From NCBI GenBank assembly GCA_000708835.1, contig DF237447.1, positions 4,042 through 68,041 of the forward strand: a DNA stretch of 64,000 nucleotides, given 5' to 3'. Origin of the DNA: Klebsormidium nitens. Lineage: Eukaryota > Plantae > Klebsormidiophyceae. Made by a program: the position numbers and the translations under genes. Below the pieces are notes generated by a model. The model made no database searches. It was not told the DNA's origin and was given only the letters and a program-made list of their open reading frames with translations. Each line of letters starts with the position of its first letter. The stretch's first letter is position 1. Of the stretch, positions 39,640 to 50,349 are shown piece by piece.

Positions 39640-40440
39640 GGGTGTGGCATCGTCCTTGCTGGCAAAAATGCTTTTCTAAGCCTGCAATAGGGACAAGCTC
39701 TGAATTGCCTGGTTACGACTACTGGACCTGGTGCTACCTGCCCATGTGTAACATCGTCCTGCCCTGCCGAGGCTTTCCAAACTACAGCAAAGACGGCTTC
39801 AAGTTTTTTGACAAAATACTGGGCCCGCTTTACCGACCCAGATGCTAAATCGTCCTGGCCGGCAGAGATTTCTAAGCTGATGTACAAATGGCTCCGAACG
39901 CGCACTGAAGGCAATTGGGCCCGGTTCACTGGCCCAGGATTTCGCATCGTCTTGGCCGGCAAAGAGAAGTAGGGACGGCTCTGAACGTCGTCAGACACAG
40001 CATTGGGCCCAGTTCAAATTCACCGGCCCAGATGTTTCATCGTCTTGGCCGGCAGAAACTTTTTACCTAAGTAGGGAGGGCTTTAAGAGCTTGTAGAAGG
40101 ACAGCACCGGGCCCGGTTCACCAGTTCAGATTCCGCGTGGGTTGGGCCGGCAGAAAACCTTCAAGCTAAATGCGGACGGCTCTGAGCGCTCTTAGAAGGA
40201 TCACATTGGGGCAAGGTCATGGGACCATATGTTGCATTGTCCGGGCCCACATAAAACATCGAAGCTCAAGTAGAAACGGCTCACAACGCTCTCCGAATGA
40301 CACCACTGGGCCCAACTATTGAACCGTCCTGGCCGGCAGACAACTTTTCAGGTAAGATACAGACTGCCCTAAACGCTTCTTGAGGAACGGCGTTAGACCC
40401 TGTTCATCGGCCCAGGTGTTGCATCGTCCTGGCTGGTACG
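39640..40440 (-). repeat. Degenerate tandem repeat, 9 units of 87-104 bp (mean about 97 bp)
   Basis: The core CATCGTC(C/T)TGGCCGGCAGA recurs at about 39650, 39754, 39850, 39947, 40040, 40138, 40237, 40325 and 40424, with shared GGGCCC and GACGGCTCTGA blocks. The minus-strand consensus reads roughly SEPSLLSLKVSAGQDDATSGPVNPGPVL. Confidence 0.88.
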
Positions 40441-43400
40441 AAGTTTTAGAGATCGGAAGAGAGCTTCTGTCCATCTCTTCACTATGTCGACTAAGCAGAA
40501 TCTCAAACATGCACGAAGACACAAACGACAGCACAAAATGAACGACAAAACGGTTCATATCCCAGCACTGCTCAATTGTTTAAATTACTTTAAAGACACG
40601 AGCATTGCCATACTGGCCAACTATGAGGACGCGAGCAAAGTACACTTCTTACACAAGATCATGCACTCAAATTGGAAGCAGAGAAGTCACGTGCTACTTA
40701 GCTTCCTCAAAGAATTGGGATTAAGCAGGCTTTAGGTTCTGCATTTCGACCCCATACGGGGTCCAACAAGCATCAGGAGAGTTGGATACGTTAGACGAAA
40801 AAGGGCTCATTTCAATATGAACCTACATGCAAAGCTCCACAACCTTGGAAAGGTCTGAAAACCCAAGACCGCTCAGCTAAGTGGTCGGACGGCTGAAAGC
40901 GGGCGCACGCCACAAACGCGCCACTGAACTCGACTCGCTCAACAGAAAGAGACCATCCTAACGCCTCTCAACGCTTTAATTGAATGGGGACGAAGCAGCT
41001 CCGACACTCAAATTGCCCACGCATGTACTGGATACTAGGGGCCAGGCGTACTGGCAGCGATGCGTCAACCCACGAATCTTGAATCCACACTCACAGTTCC
41101 CGCCAGCAAACACATGCCTGATGCCTCTAGCTGTCACCGTTATCGACGCTGCCCATTTAGATATTACCAGTCCTAAGCATGAACACACTGGAAGGGTAAG
41201 GAGTGTATTAAGCTGAAACGGCTGGCAGCATATGTGAACAGCAGGGAAGCTGGGCTGGGCAGATAGGTTGATGCCCACTCGCTCCCATCATCCTTGCTGC
41301 TTGGCAACAGAGGTTTGAAAGCACGGGACAATGAGTCAACCAATGGACCTCTGCAAGTGCAACGCCGTTGACAGATCAACAGACTGTCGTGTCCGGACCG
41401 GGTAAATGGTCCTTGAAGCGCGGATGTAAGGAGAAGAGGGATGTCGCACAGAAAACTCACAAGCAGGCCGGGCGCATCTGATTTACTTAGGACGAAGCAA
41501 ACACTTCCTTCAAGGACAACAGGCCAGTATTCGGGCTTGGACACGTGGCAACACTATGCCTTGACGCTTCAAGTGATGGAGATTTGAATACCACTTGGCA
41601 CTCTAGGCATCGGCTTGGATCAATTGAGACAGCCCGTCCTAAGCGAAGCTCGAAAGTGGATCTCATGAAAGTCGTACGCAGAAGAACTCTCCGCATACAT
41701 TTTCGCATACGAAACAAAAGATTCCGAGGAGCATCACAGCTAAGACGTGGATCAGCCTAAGGAGAAAACCAAACGGCACTGGAACGGAGAGGGTGGAACT
41801 GCGGTGAACCGCCAATGAAACACTTGCGAAGCCGCGGCGGCGAGTTGCGCAAACAACGTCCGTTCCACTGAGCTGCCTCAAAAGGATCCAGTCTTCGCTA
41901 TATGAGATGGTACAAAAAGAAGATTGCGACTACTAAGAAATCACAAGTGCTTTGCTTGGTTATGCTCGAGTTTCCCGCGGCTTCAACTAGAGGAGTCGAT
42001 CGTTCTTGCGCTCAGCCACAAAATCGTCATCATTGCGGTATTTTTAACAGACTCTCGGACAGTCACAATGTTGCTTTTCCGATAAAGCAATCAGGGCGGA
42101 ACCAGATAGTAACCGGAGACGAGTGAGGAAAACATTTTTCGACCTCAGAAATGCCTACAAAACACGGGAAGCAACTCATTCTGAATCGTGCAAGCAGATT
42201 CTATTCAAAGATAACCAGTCAGTAAGACCGTTCCAGGCCCGTGAGATGAGCCCGTTTTTCGTAAACAACAATCTCGGCCTCCCGACATCCTCTGACCTTG
42301 CACGTTCCGAACTGGGTCACAGCTTCACGATCTCAGCACTTTTTTCCGGTGACTAGTTAGAAAGAGAGATGACGTACTACTGAGGGGAGGAAACACGAGC
42401 TTTAACGTAAATTTCCCGACCTGAATATAGCCGAAAGATTCGTCCGACAAACTCGCAGCACGTGAACGCCAAGTGCGTACAATAACTCCACCCCAAACGT
42501 ACCTCGAAGGACCAGATAAACTTGGACACCTCATCCGCCGAACCGCGCCATAAAGGGGCTGAACCCCGTTTGATCAGTACGTTGACCAATCTTGACCACA
42601 ATCTCAGTTCAAATCACGGGATGAACCAAGACTCCTTCCAAGTTTCACTAGGGAATGGAGCAGAATGGGCCCAGATTATTGAGTGCCTACCAGCAGTGTG
42701 CCAGGGAACTAGTAGGCGCTTTGCAGTCTGCTTTACTTTCATGGCGGTGTGAACGCGTCCAATCGGTGCTTCGACCCCGCCAACAATAGGCGAGCTTGCA
42801 AGGACGATTACTTTTTGTGGGCGACATTAGCTGCAGAAGAAAAAGGTACGTCGACATTAAAACAGCAACAGCTTCATGATTGTTTCGCATTATAAGGTTC
42901 TAGGAAAAAATATTCCGCGTGCAATGCGCTCCTTTTTTAAACATTGGAGAACGGAAGGAAAGAGGCAATCAAGTAGCTCGGAAAACTGTTTCAGCGAGTT
43001 CCCGCTAGTGAAGAATGGTGAGCACAGCTAGAGCGTGAGGCACAGGTCGCCCGCCGGTATCCGCAAACACTAGCTCCTGATTCCCCAGATTTCTAAGAAA
43101 AGGTGTTGCTGCAACACGACGTGTGTAGAGACGTGATGAGCACTTTGACCACGTGTCCACACCGTGCCTGGTCGTCCGTGACCGCATGTCCTCTTCGTCA
43201 GCCTATGCATCAGCTCAGAAAATCAGCGGAACAGTACTTTAGCTTGCCCAACAAGTGGACCTTCTCATGGCCGTGTTACAAAATGAGGCCCATAAGGAGG
43301 TAACAACCAAGAAGCCCGAACCCGCATTCCAGCGGTGAGGTATACGGACTCGTTGCACCACATTTTAAAAACTAAGCCCGTGGAAAAGTCCTAAAAACAC

Positions 43401-46400
43401 CAGCGAACGCAGAGCATGGAACCGCAGTCTTCCGCCCAAAGAACAACAGGGAACACCTTAAGGTCCATAATGGCAGCGTCAGACCATGCCACCACATGTA
43501 CTTGCGCTCCCTCAAGGCGCTCTATTCTTGCCACCAGCCAATCTAAGTGCAAGCAGGCGATGAGATATATCTAGTAGCATGATCAAATCTGTCCCGTGAC
43601 CCTTGCATCTTCGGGTCTCCAACCATCCCTCCTTGCGCGCACCTGAGACCTTGACCATCATTGCCGGAAATTATATCCGAGTTACTCACTTCGCCGTCAA
43701 TGGAGATTCCGGTCGTCAAAGTGAAGTTGAACGTACGGTCTGCCAGAATGAGCAGCAAACTCTGCGAAGCGCTTTGAAAGCCGCTACCGCTTGATGTTTT
43801 TGGCAGCGCAATGGCAAGCGCTGCGGCAATCGGGCTGAACTAACCTATATGGTAACATGATTGCACACGCCTAGGCAGACAAGGGGCTCCTGCTAGGACG
43901 TAGTACCAGCGGGCCAGACTCACGGAAACTACCACCATAAGGCCGCAAACAGTCTCTTGCATGCCATTGGTTTGACCTTGAACACGTGGCAACACGTTGC
44001 CCCGTCGCTTTAAATATTCTCTTCATGTTTGTTTGGTTGCTGCCAGTTGTACCTGGAGACATTGGCTCAAGGAATCACAGACGGTATTTGAGCAAAGCTT
44101 AAGGAGTGGACCTCGTCATGGCCATGTGACATGTGGAATGCATGACCGTCTGAATTCTAACAACCCAAATTCATAAACCTGCATGGCAATTTTAGGGACT
44201 CGGTCATAAGGAACATAAGAGACCAGCCCGTGCACACAGTTCGCCGACAACGGGTGGACTTGCAGTAGCCTACTATCAACGAGGCGCGACAAGCAAATAG
44301 CGGAATGTGCAGCGTCAGAGTTGCGCAAGAAACATATTGAGCTCCCTCAAGAGTTTTCGTTCCTCGCCGCCCACCCACTGAACCGAAGATTGCCAGAAAC
44401 AACGCCGGTAATGCGTGGACTTCAAATCGACCACCAGCCGTTCTTGCGTAGAACCGAGACGGTAAGTTCGCAAACCAATTGTCCAGTTCAAAATCCAGTT
44501 TAAGAGTGCCAGTCTGCTGAAGATTTGACATCAGTCACAAGAACAGAAGCTCAGACGAGGGATGGACTTTGGTGGCTAAGAGCATTTTATAAGAGCCGGA
44601 AGGATACCGAAGTTCTCGTGTCGACACCTGAAAGGCGATACTCAACACTTCAGATTCTGGGCTAGCTCGCACTTGGCAAATGTGGGCATATTTTGAATTT
44701 TTTTGATACAGCACGGAAACGCTACGAAGTCGAAACTCGGGACTTCACTTTACGGCAAAGTGCTTCGACGGCGCTCTCCACTCTTCCACAGCGCGACCAA
44801 GGAAAACTATGCACTGACATGGAGCTCTTGGACAGGCGACTGATAAATTGACAAAGTCACAGCACGTAAAAGTCAAGTCAAAAAGGGAGCAGAAGCTTTG
44901 TGGTTACTCGGCTACGCACACACAGTTGCGTCATCAGAACTTGGACAGCAAGGACGATACGACAGACAAACCGCCTGTCCGGATCCGCACGAGGAGCAAG
45001 TTGAACGCGAAGCCGGCTCCAGATTCTCAAGGAAAGGAAATCCGCTGGGCCCAGTGTTACCTGCCCAGATGTTTCGTCGTCCTGGCCAGCAGAAAGTTCC
45101 GAGGCTGTAATTGGGCTACTGTCCACTTGTTCGCCGCGTCGAGAACTCAGGTATTGACAAAACCAGGAACACATTGAACCATATAGAAGAAGCCTGGGAG
45201 CGGAGCGCAAGTTTTCAATGGCCGGTGAAGACAGCCCGTAGCACTGGTCGTTCTCTGATAGTCAAGCTCAATGTCAATAGGCCAAGTCAGGGCGACAATC
45301 GCCTTCAAGGTCTACGATCCCGTTAAACCTAGGTTGATGCTATCAAGGCCGCAGAATTGAAGCTCAAGCATCACAAGCTACATGCTTCTTAGGATGACCC
45401 GTCACTGAACAAAGCGGATGTGGCAAGGATTCGTATTTTGAATAATGTGGGTCCCATATCCAGAAAGGTTGGATGGCCTCAAAGACACAGGGGATCATGA
45501 GAATCGATACCTCAGTTTGATGTCGTCGTCACGGCCATAGGAGGGTCAGCCAAAAGGACTCGTCTCATTGCAAGTTCTCCAACACGCGAATTACAAATGC
45601 ATGTACATGAAAGCGGCAAGTTTGAACCCAAGGCTCCCAAGACGAAGCCAGATCCCCAAACGTTTTCAAAGCCTAGAGTAGATGAGAAAGCATGAGGCCG
45701 CTTAAGAAGTCCTAGATTGTGCAAGCACATCTCGGCTTGCGGCAAACGTGCAAGGTCATCTTGTGAACCACTGACGAGACTAGTTACTGCTGTGAAAATC
45801 TGGCATTGGTTATGTCGATCAGGATTTTGCAATGTGGATGTTGCTCTTTCTTTGATGGCACTGCTGCAAACACTTTCTGCATATTGTGCTCATGCTAAAG
45901 CCGTCGGAAGCAACTTGATCAGGCATGTACAATTAAGACGCAAAAGACGGCTTCGACCAACTTGTTACCTATCTGAAGGTCAGCAGATTATGGAGATAGA
46001 GAAACAATGAGCTGAAACAGCGGGCAGCGTATGCAAAATTACACCGAATCTGATTGGGCAACGACGCCCGGTTCTCCGTCATCATCCTTGCTACCTAGCA
46101 ACAAAATCAGTAAAGGAGCAGATTTAACGGGCGAACAGGCAAACTCTGGGACGACAGCGCTGTCCTGACAACATCTTGTCGTAAGAGTGATTGGACAGAT
46201 AAGGGGAAGATCTGAAGGCCAAACATTAAAGCTGAACAATGAAATACACATATCTTTGAAGCGGAGCGGGCTCATCCACATCACCAACAAGTAATACGAG
46301 ATTGCCCCTTTCATAATAACGTATGAAGAATCATGTCACACTTCCTTTGAGACCGCGCATGGGAGAGACTTCCCTAAAGGTGCTCCGCATATCAGATCTA

Positions 46401-49400
46401 GAGATCTCCTAACGACACGCCCAAAAGCCGAGTCCCTTGGGGAAGACGGACAAGTCAGCACGTGAAACCGCAGCAATCCGCACAAATGTCGTCAAGGCGC
46501 AACACGGAAGTCGACGATCTACGGCGTCAGAACACCGAACTACATCCAATGAGCTGCCTCAAGAGGCTCTCTTCCTCGCCACAGATCAGCATACTACGGA
46601 TCTGAACGAAAAAGCAATAGAGGCGTGGTTGACAATGGCCACACAGGCTGCCCCTTGCAGGTAGACAAAATAGTCCCTCCTTCCGCTGCAGCAGCCTAAG
46701 AATTCAATCATCATCGCTGAAATTCTAGTTCAGAGGTCCGTCGTCGAATGATTTGAGACTCGGCCACTAAATCGGAGGGCGCCGGACAGTCACGGATTCC
46801 TGCAGCTGCAAGCATCCTGACAACTGGGAGATATAAACGCATTTTTCCATCCCGAGAAGTCGGGACCCAACTCAAGCGGAGCCATGTGAAAAGGTTGGGT
46901 CCGACGTGTACAAGCCAGAATGAGATTCACGCATTGCGAGCTGCGGGCCTTTTTCGTTTTGCAAGACTCGAAGTTCCGAGGTTGCAAGTGCCTAATGGGC
47001 TCGCCACGGATTTTGGTGTTCGTCCATCCGTTCTTAGAAAAAGACGGACTTCCAAAGGAAAGATAAGAAGGTTCGTGCGATTAAGTTCAGCGCTAACATA
47101 GAATGCATCGACTGAAAGGACGACTGCACGTGGGCGGAAGCGCCTCTACACACAATAAAAATGCATGTTACGAGTTGAGCGTTCCTGACGCTTTCGACGT
47201 ACCGGGGAAGGATGGGGCAGCAGGAGCTCCTGATCGTACATGCACAAAGACGCGGCAGGCGTACTGAAGTATCAGTGGACGCATACTAGAACACGAGAAC
47301 CCTCAAACTAGTATGCTTGTCAGACTCCCAAACCTTTTCTTGCTTCGGTTCAAGACGGGCAGCGCGCCAACATGCCCTCTATGTTGCGGTATCACCTGGT
47401 GGATAGACAATCGGAAGCACGGCCGCTGTGGACAAAAGATATGCCTGGTGCTTACAGAAGTGAGCACATAGACGCCTTCCATCAGGCTTTTGGAAAGATT
47501 TGATGTCATTCATTCCGAAGAGCAGAAATGCAGTGAGCTTGAACAAGTAGCAGCATATGGAAAAGGTCTACATTGGGGCAGGCAGTCAACACCCCAGTCT
47601 CCCATTTCATCCTTGCTGCTTCGTATGACAAAATTAGAAGCACAGGAGTATCAGACTGATGGGGGACTCTTCGCAACAGTAGCGCTGTCGACAGACGGAC
47701 AACAAGTCTTAATTTGAGCGAAAGCAACACAGCAATCTTGATCATGCGCTCATTTGCCGGGACAGAACCGGACAGTGACGAGACGAATTGAGAACTTGCA
47801 CGACCTTGTTGAGCTCGGAAGTGGGCGCGCTTGCAAACCTTCTCGAGCAACATATACTTTGGGAGCAGGAACAACTCCGAAGAGTCATAGCATTTTGGGT
47901 TGTTGAGCGGCCGATTGTCGTGAACAATCGCGTTTCAATCTAGGTAGAGATGAAACGAGTGAAGCGTACGGGACTACATGGACGGCCTCAGCCTCGGTGT
48001 CCTCTTGCTCTCTTAGCCAGGTTGGCTTACCTAGGAGAGGTGTACAGAGCATCATGACCACCAACATGACAGAAACTGTGCACTTGGGAGAGCTGAAGCG
48101 GCTTTAAGCCAAAACGAGCCAGTAAGCATTTGCCGATTGAAATGGGCGGGCTGCAACTGACTCTATTGCATTGCAGGCACCGAAAACATTGTCATCTCCA
48201 AGAGTATTCGCGGGTCATGACAAAGTCATTCAATTCATTCGGTTCGTGGAAACCTGGCAATCTACAGACCGCGAATTTGTGAGTTTGACCGCGAAGCTGC
48301 GCTTGTCCTTGCATACCATCTCAATTGATACCCGAAAACCGACACAGCGGCCGCTGCATTCAGTGACGCAGCAATGACGACGAGGCTTCTACGCTGGTGA
48401 AACTCTGAAGCAGAGCACTCGGAACACCAAAGAGATTCTCTCGAGTGACCAAGAACCTGGTAGGTTGGAGTGGTTAGGACTTGGGACGGGCTGCCCACTT
48501 TTCACCCATCTCCATTTTAAAAGCATCTCAACATCTGGTCCTGCAAAAAGCTCACCCGCTGAGGTTGTCAAGCCGGACGGTGCTCGTACGCGATCGGATT
48601 GCAGCGCCTTGTGCCCCTTCCACGAGTTGAGCTGCACCTCCTCGCCAGTTTCTTCGCATTCCTGGAACAGTTCCAAGCGGATGACGTCAGCGAAGGTAGG
48701 GAGGCATGAAATGCTGACGCAAATCAAATCAAGCTGACGCGGTGCCAATGGCGTGCCCGCCAGCTTCTCCGCGATTTTGCATGAGCAGGGACCGCTGACG
48801 TCAGCGAAGGAAAGGGGTAAGGAAAGCGGACGTCATCAGAGCAGGTTAGACTGTGGTGCATGTTTTGTTAAGCGTCCCCGCTAGCAGTCACTTTCCTTGG
48901 GGGGAACTTGAACCACATGAAGAGGGACTGTGGCAGGTCACCGTCGCCGTTGACGAAACTAAGAAGAGCGGGACGGAGTCTCTTTATACGGCATACCGTC
49001 GACTCAGGGCTCGCTTTAGCACGGATTTCGACAAAAAGAAGAACAAAACTGAGCAGCTTTCAAGGAAGGCAGAAACGTATCGAATGGAGTCTGCAGCCGT
49101 TCCGAAGCTTCGGACAGTACCGAAGAAGGGGCACTGGGGGATGCCAGATTCGGACGAATAAATTCGCCTGCGTGAATCTGGGAGCTGCCGACCAGGCAAA
49201 CTTTGAGATAGACGCCGGCTTTGACGCCCAGATTTTGATCCCTGTCTGGTTATGCACCTTAACTACCACTACTAGACCAATTAACCAAGTCAATCTAGCA
49301 GCTCCGGTACTCTCAGCAAACTCTTTGTGGAAAGCGTGATCTGGGCCCACAAAAAATTGCATCGTCCTGGCCACAGATTACCGATTTGAAACGGGATGCA

Positions 49401-50349
49401 AAACTTAAGACGGCAGAATAGATCATTTGCGTGAGGATCGGGGGAGGTGCTGGATGAAAGCAGAAGTACCGAAGGGCACGCAAGGGCTGACAACGATGAA
49501 TACACGTTCCGAGTTCAGCTAGGCAGACCGTGCTGATCGCTGAACTCCGTTCGTTTGATTTCACAAAGTCTCTGGCCACAGCAGATACTCCACTAAGTAC
49601 CACAGCGGAAGGAAAGGATTTCTGGACAGCAAACCGACTGGAACGTTTCTCAAATTAAGCAGCTTCAGGGACTGGGACCACCCTCTGGGTCACAACCAGC
49701 CAGCTAGTGCCACATCACAGCTCCAGGTCAAACAGATGAAACGATCGCTGACGTGATCCTCGGCAAATGGAGGAAACGGCGAAACAGAGCGGAACACCGA
49801 TAGGACTCTGATGAGGCCATGCGGAACTCGCAGCCAAACACGATGATTTTGGGTGTATGCAGGGCTCTGGGTGTTTCTTTCTTGCTTGCGGCTCTGTCCG
49901 AACGCGTTCACTTTGTGCTTGAGCTACGCTCGTCAATGAAGCACGTCATAGCCGAAAGTTAAATACCAACAAAAAAGAAAGTAAGAGTGTGAGTTATACC
50001 CTCCGATTCTACAGTAATATACAACGATGGGCAGAGCTTGAAAACCAACACCATCGTCTTCGTCGCCGGCTTCCGTTTTGAAATGATGCAGAAACCCCTT
50101 CTACCAATCGGAAAGAGGGTAGATATCCTGTCGAAAGGTTTGCTCAACCCGGGTAGTTCTCATTTGAAAAATGTCTTCGTGGCCTGCCAGCGTCAGGTGG
50201 AGGCCAAATAAAAGTCGATGCAGCCTTATGCTGAGTGGAGCCTCAAAAGAGGCTGAGCCCTCGAAAGAGGCCCGTTGACTTTTGACTGACGCTTGGCTGA
50301 CTGCGTCTTCAAACCCGACTGGTCGTAACAGCTCTGACATTCAACAAAC

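Larger units (their letters stand above)
5000..49400 (-). pseudogene. Array of co-oriented decayed paralogues of an unidentified gene family (G-x-D-D/E motif family)
   Basis: More than 30 plus-strand motifs TCGTCYTGGCC, TCATCATGGCC or TCATCCTTGCC read GQDD, GHDE or GKDD/E on the minus strand and vary mainly at codon third positions. A second shared block CTGGC(A/G)GCAT lies about 65-85 nt away in several copies (8605, 17931, 27408, 35793, 41222, variants at 46021 and 47549). All frames are broken by stops and frameshifts. Outer boundaries are approximate. Confidence 0.72.

Noticed and set aside
39640-40440. CRISPR-like look of the 97-bp array (conserved core plus variable spacers)
   Set aside because: The spacers are homologous to each other, the cores are degenerate, there are no cas genes and the context is eukaryotic.
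42285-42300. GACATCCTCTGAC, similar to a bacterial 16S rRNA segment
   Set aside because: Only about 13 nt long, with no flanking rRNA similarity.
1-49000. CTAG or TAG excess as proof of methylation-driven C-to-T decay
   Set aside because: A rough count by eye in the first 7 kb was close to random expectation. It needs substitution spectra from aligned paralogues.
7700-49400. GxDD as a polymerase active-site motif (RdRp GDD or RT YxDD)
   Set aside because: The motif recurs several times per gene copy in short-period contexts, and no other RT or RdRp motifs were seen.
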